A DNA stretch of 63,753 bases, the filler included, from Globobulimina sp. (lineage: Eukaryota): assembly GCA_003354225.1 (NCBI GenBank). It is 49 parts of 49 records of this genome, joined end to end, with 100 filler letters (N's around TTAATTAATTAA, not from the genome) between each part and the next. Parts side by side here need not be neighbours in the genome. Positions count along the whole stretch, not along the records: positions 1 to 1,204 come from PIVH01021033.1; positions 1,305 to 2,508 come from PIVH01021034.1; positions 2,609 to 3,812 come from PIVH01021035.1; positions 3,913 to 5,116 come from PIVH01021036.1; positions 5,217 to 6,420 come from PIVH01021037.1; positions 6,521 to 7,724 come from PIVH01021038.1; positions 7,825 to 9,028 come from PIVH01021039.1; positions 9,129 to 10,332 come from PIVH01021040.1; 41 more parts are not named here. One strand, written 5' to 3'. A program made the position numbers and the translations under genes. Shown here in pieces: positions 1 through 10,499 of this stretch; the first letter of the stretch is position 1; the number at the start of each line of letters is the position of its first letter. The notes below the pieces were generated by a model. That model searched no databases. It had not been told where the DNA came from and worked only from the letters and a program-made list of their open reading frames with translations.

Positions 1-1067
1 GACATTCGCTACATTGAACATGATACATATTACATGTTTACTGAGATAATGTCCATTATGGGGCAATATTTCATCAACGCCGCACAAAAGGACATACCGC
101 CGGTGGTGGAACGCAGCAAACGTATCCAAGGACAGTTTCTACGCCAAATGGACACGCAGTTAGCTCAGCATTTATTGAAAATAAATCTCACGCCACAGCT
201 ATATGGCTTGCGTTGGATACGCTTGTTTTTCAGCCGCGAGTTCCATTTACGCGATGTTTGTGTGGTTTGGGATGCCATATTTGCTGTATATTCACAGCGC
301 AAACAGGAAAAAAGCAGCGCTGAAAGCAAAATGAAGCAAAAAGCAGCCACAGATGCAAAATCCTCGCCAGCGATGGACCCGATTAAAGCTATTGACAATG
401 CTCTAGAAAAGCCGAGGAAGGTCGTGTTGGACTTTCGTTTTGTGGATTATATGTCGTGTTCGATGTTGCTATTTATTAGACATCAGTTGATTGGCCGCGA
501 TATCTCGCATTGTTTGCGCAGAGTGATGCGGTACCCTCCCATTGAGGACATCGCTTCGCTGATTGAGCGAGCGTATACTATCCGGGACCAAATCGAGCGG
601 AAAGGCAAAAAAAATCCGAGGTTATGTTTTATTTTTTGTTCTTGATAAGTTGCATAAAGCGTTTTTCATATTTTTTTTGCAATCTGTTGTTTATTTTCTT
701 TCCATATACAGTGCGTACGAGAAAGAAAAGAACAAAGATGCAAAAAAAAAATGGAGCTCTTCTGAGCTATTGTCGCAATTTAATGTGCAGATTAATAATA
801 ATGTTGTGTCTGATGTGAAGCATCAATATAAAACAAAATATAATGCACATTACCGTACGCAATCAGATGCACATAAAACATCTGTTGATTGGATCTCTCG
901 TAACAACACTTTGCAACATTCGCGAGCACGTTCTTCGTTGCCTAATTTTTCGCCGCGGTCCATGCAGAAAGTGCCTGCAGCAAAATACGGCCGGACTACA
1001 TCCGAATTATTCAGCAAAGATGTGACAACTCTGAATTCCTATTCGTACATAGCTGGCAACACTAAGA
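1..1067 (+). CDS. Rab-GAP TBC-domain protein (TBC1D5-like), partial, intron 621-711
   Basis: TBC C-terminal motifs: upstream in-frame IEHD, L..HL..I.L.PQLYGLRWIRLFFSREF, VWDAIF, MLLFIR..L and YPP. A GT..AG intron at 621-711 joins the two ORFs in frame (NPS-AYEKE). Confidence 0.85.
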
Positions 1068-1204
1068 ATGCAGTGGGTGGCGCTGTATTTGCCGTGGCTT
1101 TACTATGCCGAGCAAGGTGCGGCCAGGCGACTATTGACCCTGGCGGCCGCACCGTCGCCGTTGGAAATCGACGTGGCCAATATACCGCGGCAGATTGCCG
1201 GGGT
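1068..1204 (+). other. GC-rich bacterial fragment (RecD2-like helicase segment) fused to a eukaryotic contig; probable chimera
   Basis: Abrupt rise in GC. The frame ALYLPWLYYAEQGAARRLLTL resembles the YLP..YYAE.G.A.RL segment that precedes the RecD2/TraA helicase core. Confidence 0.5.
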
Positions 1205-1304
1205 NNNNNNNNNNNNNNNNNNNNNNNNNNNNNNNNNNNNNNNNNNNNTTAATTAATTAANNNNNNNNNNNNNNNNNNNNNNNNNNNNNNNNNNNNNNNN
1301 NNNN
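1205..1304. other. Artificial contig-joining spacer (first of 48; recurs about every 1.3 kb)
   Basis: N-run + TTAATTAATTAA + N-run repeated throughout the window. The intervening contigs decline from 1204 to 1202 nt, consistent with a length-sorted concatenated assembly. Confidence 0.99.
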
Positions 1305-1641
1305 CAGCCTAAATCTAAAATGCAACGAGTTTTGATACATAACCCCCTCATACAAACTAGTGGAAGTAAAGACGGTGTATACACAACGAAGTGCTGGCTT
1401 TTTGGTTGAAAAGGAAAAGCCGGGTTTATCAATATCTACGTGGACAGGATTATGCTTTTGATGTTACGGTGGCATCACTGTATTACTAGAAATCATCAGT
1501 ATGCATCACTGCAAATTGATCAGTTATATATTCTGAAAGTTTGTATATAAAACAAACATAGTTCGTAAACCAACAACAATTTATAAATATAATATATTAC
1601 AAAGAAACATCTTCAAAAAAAGAAACAGTGTCATGAATAAT

Positions 1642-2484
1642 TTAGATGGCACGAATTTGCATTTGTGTATGTTCCGGGTTTTCTATCATTTTACCGATAC
1701 CGGATGCCATTAAAATAATATTTTTGATGTAAGTTAATATCCACAAAAATACAGTCAATACGAATGCAGATGCAAAATACCAAGCGATTGGCATCATTGA
1801 TTCGGACCAATCATACAATGAATATATATATGGATTGCCTTCGCCATTTACGCCATTAAATATTTCAAATATTACAGTCCAAACAGTATACACCGTGCCA
1901 AATATCACTGGATATAATAAAGCCTTATAATATAATCTTTCCGCAGATATAAAGAAATCAATTAAATGAATAATATTGGAAATACCATGCAATTGAACAC
2001 TGTTTAAACCCGATACAAAAGCACTAAAATGGCCATCAAACACAAAGGGCCAGTACATGGCTGTAACCATACATAAACTGGGTAATGTCAGAAATAATAA
2101 TACTTTTTGGCATACTGATAATATCCACATTGCGCTTTGCGTATCGACATTTCCAATGGTTGTTTCATATAAAATATTATTATTATTCTTAATATATCGA
2201 TACACTTTTATTGACGAAATCACTTTTAATGCCATTAACATTACACCGCACAGATTTGTCCACTGAGTCCAATATATAAAATAATGCGCTGTCTTTCCAG
2301 CACCGACAGACAAAATAAAAGAAAAAAATGCAATATAAAATACGAGAATGAGTGCAATTATTCTTAAAATTATAAATTTTTTGTTTATCGCATTTTGTGA
2401 GAGCCAGGTTCCGCCCATTTCGACTAAAGGTGGTATTGTCAATGATGGCTCATTTTTACGTAAACAACAATCTGTAGACCACAT
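1642..2484 (-). CDS. Multi-pass membrane protein, rolling-stone/FAR-17a-AIG1-like
   Basis: About 6 hydrophobic helices with YFIYWTQWT, VT.MYW, QLHG and N.EGNPYIY..YDW motifs. Confidence 0.7.
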   Translation of the reverse strand: MWSTDCCLRKNEPSLTIPPLVEMGGTWLSQNAINKKFIILRIIALILVFYIAFFSFILSVGAGKTAHYFIYWTQWTNLCGVMLMALKVISSIKVYRYIKNNNNILYETTIGNVDTQSAMWILSVCQKVLLFLTLPSLCMVTAMYWPFVFDGHFSAFVSGLNSVQLHGISNIIHLIDFFISAERLYYKALLYPVIFGTVYTVWTVIFEIFNGVNGEGNPYIYSLYDWSESMMPIAWYFASAFVLTVFLWILTYIKNIILMASGIGKMIENPEHTQMQIRAI

Positions 2485-2608
2485 TGAAGCATCTCTGAAA
2501 TAAGCACANNNNNNNNNNNNNNNNNNNNNNNNNNNNNNNNNNNNNNNNNNNNTTAATTAATTAANNNNNNNNNNNNNNNNNNNNNNNNNNNNNNNNNNNN
2601 NNNNNNNN

Positions 2609-3812
2609 GTGTAGGGTGGACTACCAATTTCAAAACAAATGATGCTTTCTTCTTTGTGGATATAGGATGTGTGGGATGCCCATATAGCTGTTCTGTGTCT
2701 GGTATTTGCATTGATCCGGCAATGTTATGTGATGGCACACAAGATTGTGCATATAATGACGATGAAGAATCTTGTAATGTTTGTGTTGAAAGTTATGACC
2801 ACAATGATACTGATCATCAAAATGTGTCATATTTGGCAGGGCAATATTCATATATTGGATATAGCACAGATTATAAAGGAATTATATACTATGACGGAGC
2901 TGATTTATTGCTTTCCCCTTCTACGTATCATGACGGCTCAACGTATTATTACTTTTATGATGTTATTTCTGTGCGAAATCCAAATGAAATCATTGCATTT
3001 TGTTACATGTTCCATATCAATCAAGCAGTCCCTTTCTGGCTATCAAAAATTGGATATTGCAATGAAAATGCACATTTTTATACTTATTTGGCGTCTGGAA
3101 AGCAAATATCTGTCGATATGAAAATGCAATATTGTATGCCATCAAACACCACCAAAACAGTCAACATATCATTGCCAACAAATGATTCCATTTTGACCAT
3201 TCCAAACTGGATACCGTTGCATGATTTGAGTTTAGTTCTGTTTAATATCAATCATTCATAAATTAAACCTTTTTATTTATACACAAAAACATAAACAGAT
3301 ATGAAGAGCGCAACTTTTTATGTGGCTGCGACTGGCAATGATGCGAATAATTGCGGCACAGAAATCGAACCATGTGGTACGCTCAAATACGTTACGTCAT
3401 ATTCTAAGTTTGTGGCACAAAGCATTGAATATATCAAATCGATTACAATCATTATTCGTGGCCAAAATAGGAAGATAATAATGTTTGCAAATCAGTTCTT
3501 GGCAAAGAATCTATGTTTCCCAGATTTAGATATTTCAAATAACAATAAATTACCATTTGATTCAATCACTTTTACCTTCGATCCAAACTATGTAACAACG
3601 AAAGAAGATTGGTTTCCAACGTTGCCGTCAAATGGATTTAATTTACTATGCAATGCGCACTCTGACTCAGCAGAGGCATTCTTTTACGTCGAAGGTCCTG
3701 TCAATTATCAAAATGTTAATTTTAGTGTGACAATCAATAATTTAGTGATTGATGAGTGGACTGTTTCTGATTCGGAGACCAAATCAAATTACGTTGCTGG
3801 CTGTGATTTTAA
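2609..3812 (+). CDS. Secreted or surface protein with an LDL-receptor class A repeat and a 'YV..TGND..CG...PCGTL' domain; partial, intron about 3229-3298
   Basis: LDLa pattern C..SGICI....LCDG..DC..NDDE..C. The second exon is paralogous to 29984-30575. Confidence 0.7.
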
Positions 3813-3912
3813 NNNNNNNNNNNNNNNNNNNNNNNNNNNNNNNNNNNNNNNNNNNNTTAATTAATTAANNNNNNNNNNNNNNNNNNNNNNNNNNNNNNNN
3901 NNNNNNNNNNNN

Positions 3913-5116
3913 CATCTGGTGAGGCAACAGCAGCAGTCATTGCCATTGCATAGGGATTGGCCATGGAATGAGGACCACTGTCCGCAGAACTCTTCATGAG
4001 ATACGCAATTTCCTTTGAGTTTTCAGACGATGTTGTCGGTGCATCCATATCCACGTTTGGTGAAACCATTTCAATTTCACCATTGTTATTTCGATTTTGT
4101 CCCTCCGCGACTGAATATTGCGTCAATGTCGCATTAGTTAATTCTGTGGGCGATCGAGTTAGCCATACAACGTTACTCTCACTTTTATGGTTTCTTGCAC
4201 CGGTCTGTGATTCTGAAGCGACATCTATCCGTTTTGCTAATTGTTTATTCATTTTATGTGATTCTGCGACATACCATATCAGTAAAACTGCGATGCAGCA
4301 CAATAATATGGTTAAAATCAACACAATCCACCATAATATATTTAGACTTGCTATCCAATTCCAAAGTGTTTCAAAGTTAGTGCTTAATTCTTCAACATCA
4401 GTATCGTCTGTTTGTACTGTATCAAATTAAAAGTAATACATTGTACAATCAATGATTATAATTACTTAACTCAATATTGTGACATCCATTGAAATATTAA
4501 AATTTCCCTCAAACTCCGCTTCAAAGTCCGTTTCCATTTCATGCAATTCTAAAGTATCTGTAATATCAGAATCATTGGCAAATATTATCATTGTTGTATT
4601 TCCATTTTTATTTGATAACAATCGGCGCCTTAAACATGGTCCAGATCTACAAAATGTTTGGTCATTATTACCGCGACCGCCATTAATATCACTTATCGCA
4701 ATATTACATACACTCAATTCCTCGCCAAATGTGTATTTTTCAAATATTTTATACAAAAAACATTCAATATTTGCTAAATTATATTGAGTTGTCGGAGAAA
4801 ACCAATATGTTACTTTAATATTTATTTTATGATCGTTGTTATTATCACAATTATCATCACAAATCCAGTATTTTTGAGATGTTGTTGGTGATTCAGTATA
4901 ACCTGTTGATGGATTTGCTGATGTTGGTGTTACAGTGGTTGGCCTCAATGATGGATGTCCAGTATAGGTAGAGGTGGATGGTGAATATGATACATTTTGT
5001 GTTGGAGTAGGATTATCACTGGGCATTATTGTTGGTGTTTTGGTCGGATTATATGTTGGTGTTTTGGTCGGATTATATGTTGGTGTTTTGGTCGGATTAT
5101 ATGTTGGATTTTTACT
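3913..5116 (-). CDS. Single-pass membrane protein with Pro/Thr (PT) repeats; partial, intron about 4431-4468
   Basis: PTYNPTKT repeats, a mucin-like Ser/Thr stalk, a Cys-containing segment, then a TM helix (LILTILLCCIAVLLIWYV) and a cytoplasmic tail. Confidence 0.65.
5031..5110. repeat. 24-bp coding tandem repeat (about 3 copies)
   Basis: GTTGGTGTTTTGGTCGGATTATAT x3, encoding PTYNPTKT on the minus strand. Confidence 0.9.
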
Positions 5117-5248
5117 NNNNNNNNNNNNNNNNNNNNNNNNNNNNNNNNNNNNNNNNNNNNTTAATTAATTAANNNNNNNNNNNNNNNNNNNNNNNNNNNN
5201 NNNNNNNNNNNNNNNNACTTGGCTGGCGAGCGTAGGAGATTGAGCCAC

Positions 5249-5279
5249 AAAAAAACCCGCCTTGTGAGCGGGTTCTTTT
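5249..5279. terminator. Bidirectional Rho-independent terminator
   Basis: A-run, AACCCGC stem, loop, GCGGGTT, T-run; located just 3' of the minus-strand ORF. Confidence 0.85.
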
Positions 5280-5302
5280 GTATGTCTTTGCTTTAGGGTG
5301 AC

Positions 5303-5737
5303 CTAATAACAACCGTATCCGTTATCACCGCCGCACTGTACGATCGCCCAATCTGTTACTACTGCGATATGAAAAACCACATCGTTACCAGTAAAACCAT
5401 CTGCAGCCATTTTGTCAAAATCAATATTAATAATTTTTTGGCCGTTTTGGTTCGTGGACATATGCATATATTTTCCAGGTTCTGCAATAGCCTTTTTTTG
5501 GTACTTAATGTCAAAATTCCACAACAAACTTGTATCTTCCCAATCTGTACCAGGATTTTCTGCAAATCCTGCGTCAGCCCCCAATTCAATTAACCATTGG
5601 GAGGTGAGGCCAAGCAAAGGATCAGGCATGTATATATTATTTGATATCGTAATATCATAAGTCGTATCAGCGTTTGACGCTGCTGATGAACATACAACCA
5701 TCAATACTAGTAAGATCTTTGAAAAGTACTTTTTCAT
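5303..5737 (-). CDS. Bacterial secreted hypothetical protein (144 aa)
   Basis: AAGGAAA RBS upstream of ATG, Sec signal peptide (MKKYFSKILLVLMVVCSSAASNA), a C-terminal Cys pair and a downstream terminator. Confidence 0.8.
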   Translation of the reverse strand: MKKYFSKILLVLMVVCSSAASNADTTYDITISNNIYMPDPLLGLTSQWLIELGADAGFAENPGTDWEDTSLLWNFDIKYQKKAIAEPGKYMHMSTNQNGQKIINIDFDKMAADGFTGNDVVFHIAVVTDWAIVQCGGDNGYGCY

Positions 5738-6128
5738 ATTTTAATTTCCTTAAAATGAGCCGTAGTCTATAAATTAAAAGCGCAAAAATATTATTGTCTG
5801 ATTGGCACATAAACCAAACAACTTGAATCGGGAGAAAAATACTTAAATGACTGTACGTCAGATGACAGGCATAACACTAGTCAGCGCTACAAGCGCACTA
5901 CTTTCATCCCTTCTGTCTACTATTTCTGCCAATAATGCAAGGCGGATAATTAACGCTCACGCACTAACAGCAATAATACTAGCTCTCATTCACCATTGTA
6001 AACAGTATATTTTTCTTCCTTTGTTATAAATCAAAACATTGTTTGAATGCCGAAAACTATCTGTTTGGTTTTTCAACACGTATTCAATTTACATGTTGAT
6101 CGCTAATAGAAAGATCTTTTTCTGGGCA

Positions 6129-6151
6129 CAAAAAACCCCAAAATACGGGGT
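6129..6151 (-). terminator. Rho-independent terminator
   Basis: Minus strand reads ACCCC-GTATTTT-GGGGT followed by a T-run. Confidence 0.7.
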
Positions 6152-6420
6152 CAGGCCTTACAATTGATATTCATTCCATCTCTTAGCTCCTTTGCTACTG
6201 ATTTGACTTGCTGTTTCATCCAAATGTCAACGATTGAACTGATGGTTCGCTCCCCCCACAGCCTTAAATTCTGTTCTTTGAAATGAGTGACCGCAAAGTA
6301 GCACATGCTGTTTCACAAATAAGTCAAATTGCCCGCGATAAGCAGAACCTCAGCGACCGCTATCTCTAATTAGTTAGCACTAGGCTTCGAGCAATTGGCT
6401 TCCTACATCAGTTCATTGCT
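6129..6420 (-). ncRNA. Candidate structured non-coding RNA (family not recognised)
   Basis: No long ORF. A 10-bp long-range complement links 6235-6244 and 6406-6415, with further hairpins and a 3' intrinsic terminator. Confidence 0.35.
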
Positions 6421-6771
6421 NNNNNNNNNNNNNNNNNNNNNNNNNNNNNNNNNNNNNNNNNNNNTTAATTAATTAANNNNNNNNNNNNNNNNNNNNNNNN
6501 NNNNNNNNNNNNNNNNNNNNTAAATATTGTATAAGTACGTCGTGAAGTACGTAAATGCTTATCCCACACCTCTTTATGATATTTCTTGAAAGAGTCTGGG
6601 CAAAAGTTGAATGATGAAAATATGTAATAACGATGACGCTGAAAACCTGCAAAAATATCTTCAACTTCGAATACTGTTGAAAACCACTCTACTGTGACTC
6701 TAGCTAACCCAATTCACATTTTATCGAAGAGGTAGCATTAGTCGAGTGTAGAAATAAATATCGTGGTCGCA

Positions 6772-7724
6772 ATGATAGCATTAAAAAAACAATTAATTAA
6801 TACGTCAATTTCTGAACGATACGCCACGATCATATACTCATTTGATTTTGAAAACACATTAAGGCACAGTGACGAATTAAAATTTGCGATAACCATTGAT
6901 CCCGATGCGTTCATTGCAGGTTTTACAGCAGATATTGATGGCGAACTATTTATTGGTCGAACTGAAGAAAAAGAAGAAGCAAAACAAGAATACATCGCAG
7001 CCAAAGAAAAAAACGAAAACGCCATATTAATATCGCAACCAAATAAAGAAATATCCAACGTATTTGAAATTAAAACGAATGTTGATTCAGGTTCCAAAAT
7101 ATCATTAAACATTACAATTGAACAGTATTTAAAGAAAACATTTAATTTTAATCAGCTAAATATTCAAATTTTAAATGATTTTGGTGGTACTACAATTCGT
7201 AAGAATTACAGCGACATTGAATATAAATTTGTAGTCAAAGATAAAAGAGGTATTTCTGGCTTAACCGTACCATTACATAGCGGTCAAATTGATGGTAAAA
7301 ATAAATTTATTTATAATATTAATGGCAGAATAACAGCACAGCAGTTATCATTGACAAATGAATTGGTTTTAAAATATAAAGTCGATGGTGAATCTGATGA
7401 AAGTTCGCTATTATTTGATAAAAAAAGTAATACTTTTTGTCATATTCTATCCGATATAATTACGGATGGAAAAGAAGAATGTGCAGATACTGAGGGGGGC
7501 ACTGAAGGAGATCTTGCTGGAAATGTCTTTAATATTCCAAGACGTGTTGTATTTGTAATCGATAAGTCCGGCAGTATGAGCGGGAATAAATGGAATTATA
7601 CAGTTAAAGCCACAAATATGGCATTAAAAAAATTAAGAAACGGTATTGATAGATATCGCATTATTTTATGCGGTTCAACGCTTGATTATATTCCTAAAAA
7701 TATAAATATATTACAATTAGTACA
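6772..7724 (+). CDS. VIT + von Willebrand A domain protein (inter-alpha-trypsin inhibitor heavy chain-like), 3' partial
   Basis: VIT motifs (I.ERYA.I.Y...FEN, AFIAGF...IDG..F.G...EKEEA..EY) and a vWA MIDAS (PRRVVFVIDKSGSM.G.KW). Confidence 0.9.
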
Positions 7725-7824
7725 NNNNNNNNNNNNNNNNNNNNNNNNNNNNNNNNNNNNNNNNNNNNTTAATTAATTAANNNNNNNNNNNNNNNNNNNN
7801 NNNNNNNNNNNNNNNNNNNNNNNN

Positions 7825-8791
7825 ATTTCTTTCCTAATATTTCACAAACTGCGGATAAAGTCATTACAATTATGTTTGCTGGGTTTCGTAAAGTATACAA
7901 CTGCGCTCTATTTATATTTGACACTGCTTCTTGAGCACAGGTCAATAAACGTTTTAGTTCCGACAATTTAATACCATTTGATTGAACGAATACATTTCCT
8001 TTCAAATTGTCCAACGAACGAGCTCGAGAATAGTTAATTTGTGCTGCCACCCAAAGCAGCAAAGCACCCGCGGCCACAGACTCCAAATTGGCACGTTCAA
8101 ATGTAAGATCTTCGTCGCTTAGGTATTGTTTGAAAATACTTTGTCTTGTTTTCCGTGTAATTTTGTTGGTATCAAATTTTAAGATATCAGGTATGAAACG
8201 CTTATCTTTGACGATAACTTTTATTTCATTCCATTTCCAATATGAACCCTTTACAGCATAATAAACTGCATCGATGATCTTATTCATAGTATCTGTGAAT
8301 TCGTTTTCGTCAATTTCAGAGATTGCGTTGTTTGCATTTTGTATTAAATTCGTTGCTGCAGATAACTGCGATTGGATAGGTTTGATTTCTTGGATTTTAT
8401 TATCTATTTTGTGTTGTATTTTATCAATAATGTTTTGTGTGATTGAACCCCAATACAGTTGACATATTTTTTTTATATTGTCAGTTATTACAAAATTAAA
8501 TACATTTGAAATCTGTCGGATATATCCGGTGACTAATATTTGATTTTGGTAATCAATGCCTTTACAACCATTGGATTTATCATTTATTATTTGTTTTGCT
8601 GTTTCAAACAATAAGGTTTCCATTGCTTTGTTATATCTGTCTTGCTCTTTTAAAATTGATCGAATGTGTCCACAATATTCATTGCAAAGAACTGCTATCT
8701 CGTGCGGAACTAACAAATTATAACACATCTCGATTTTTACCCTGATGTATCCAGTCAACAACAAGCTGGCTGCGCCTCGTTCATTGTCCAT
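7825..8791 (-). CDS. Protein with two 'L.GYIR' N-terminal modules and tandem dynein-stalk (MTBD)-like domains; 3' partial
   Basis: W.EIK.I....FIP.IL.FD..I...R...YL....T.E.AN..S.AAG.L..WV.AQ.NYS matches the dynein heavy chain stalk/MTBD. A second copy begins at AQEAV.NI....L..LR.P. Confidence 0.7.
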
Positions 8792-9128
8792 TGTTCCAAA
8801 ATAAACTGTTTCTGAACAAAAACATCTATGCAGATGGGAAACATCAAAAGCAAGCTTAAGCCATCGTCAAATAGCGCATCAAATGAGGTATCTGATGCTG
8901 TGGCAAATAGTTATATAGAATTAGAGAAAGGTGGCAGACCAACCAGATATTATAAAGCAAATCTTTATAAGCTACACCATTCTCCCAAACTTCGATTCCT
9001 TTAAGAAGCTGCTGGCATCCGGTTCTGCNNNNNNNNNNNNNNNNNNNNNNNNNNNNNNNNNNNNNNNNNNNNTTAATTAATTAANNNNNNNNNNNNNNNN
9101 NNNNNNNNNNNNNNNNNNNNNNNNNNNN

Positions 9129-9381
9129 CATATTTACAATAATTTAACAATCGTAGAGCGTAATTAATGTAAAATAATATCGTAGTGGCAAAAAATAATA
9201 AACCGGCGTTAAACATTGCAGATTTATCCTGTAAGTCTTTCTTATTCTTGATGTAATTATATGCAATCGAGACCATTATTGGCAGCATTGTTATTGACGA
9301 TAAACCGGACATAACAATGATAGGAAGAACATATTCATTTCTACTAAGTCTCTGTTCTGGATGGACTGGAATAACCATCAC
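9129..9381 (-). CDS. Multi-pass membrane protein N-terminus (7TM-like), partial
   Basis: Two hydrophobic helices before the contig end. Confidence 0.45.
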
Positions 9382-9452
9382 TGTAAGTCCGTAACGGTTA
9401 GTTTGACCTACTTCAGTTACTAAAAACAGTCCGCATCTCTAATCTCAATATG

Positions 9453-9833
9453 TCAAACAGGATAGATTGAAAGCATTTCCGTGGTAACACCGATAGATTG
9501 AAAGCATGCCGCAGAGTTCAAACATACTGCTTTGACAGCAAAGAAATGGATTCCTTTTCGAATTCCATTGGAATTGTTATCAGCATATATCATATATCCG
9601 CAGCAGTTTTGTGTTGAAGTGTGGATGACAGGATTTCCTTTAATGACAAGCTTATCCAAATTGCTCTGAAATCGACGCTCATCAAAGTCACCAAATTTAT
9701 AAAATAATGTAGGGAAAAGATTGTGAATCAATTTAACAATTCCACTCGGAATATTCATAAATAAATTTAACTCTTTTTGTTGATGACTTATATAGCCACA
9801 AACTAATAATTCAACTTTCGCATCTAAGCTCAT
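9453..9833 (-). CDS. 'LLV.GYI' module protein with a truncated SPRY-like region
   Basis: LLVCGYI...IPSGIV.LI N-terminus, followed by GIH.FAVK...SIGV. Confidence 0.5.
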   Translation of the reverse strand: MSLDAKVELLVCGYISHQQKELNLFMNIPSGIVKLIHNLFPTLFYKFGDFDERRFQSNLDKLVIKGNPVIHTSTQNCCGYMIYADNNSNGIRKGIHFFAVKAVCLNSAACFQSIGVTTEMLSIYPV

Positions 9834-9881
9834 GACAAATGTTTAATTTCTATCAACAAAACAACTTCAACTGAAATCGCC

Positions 9882-10322
9882 ATGGCACAGGAATTGCATG
9901 AAGATGATATTAAACAACCAGGTGATCAAGTTACTGACGAAGGAACCAATCTATATTCGCCATTATATCCAGATTATAAATTTATTGTTGAAGACATATC
10001 CGATTCATTACATATCACAGTAAAAAGTAAAAAATCCAAACGAGTGTTCTCAAATTCATTTGTTAAATCAACATTAGAGTCAATGAAATTGCATGGGGAA
10101 TTAAGTAAAATCATTCATATGATTCAAACAGCAAAATCAGGAAAACCATCTTCATATAAATTTAAATTTTCGATATTATTTGGATCAAAAGAAAACGATA
10201 AAATATCACCCAATGAAATGACAACAGAATATTCCAGCGGAAGTTGTATGTTTATGGTAATATCAGTAAATGAATTTTTTATGGCTGGAACATGGCCATT
10301 TAAATTATTAGAAATCAGTTAA
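9882..10322 (+). CDS. Hypothetical protein
   Basis: ATG-initiated 146-aa ORF that may continue by splicing. Confidence 0.55.
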   Translation: MAQELHEDDIKQPGDQVTDEGTNLYSPLYPDYKFIVEDISDSLHITVKSKKSKRVFSNSFVKSTLESMKLHGELSKIIHMIQTAKSGKPSSYKFKFSILFGSKENDKISPNEMTTEYSSGSCMFMVISVNEFFMAGTWPFKLLEIS

Positions 10323-10499
10323 GATACTAAATNNNNNNNNNNNNNNNNNNNNNNNNNNNNNNNNNNNNNNNNNNNNTTAATTAATTAANNNNNNNNNNNN
10401 NNNNNNNNNNNNNNNNNNNNNNNNNNNNNNNNACAACTCCCACATATTATATACAGATATCCATTTTATTTATATACGTTATAAATAAAAAACAACAAA

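Noticed and set aside
1249-1260. Regularly spaced TTAATTAATTAA as a biological repeat or CRISPR-like array
   Set aside because: It is always embedded in N-runs and is an artificial six-frame-stop linker.
5217-5248. 3' end of a TPP riboswitch or 6S RNA (GCGTAGGAGATT)
   Set aside because: Too short and truncated, and the upstream CCTGAT/TAAT core is not visible.
6275-6302. c-di-GMP-I riboswitch (GAAA..GAGT..CGCAAAG)
   Set aside because: It lacks the GGCAAA and P1/P3 elements; the resemblance is only partial.
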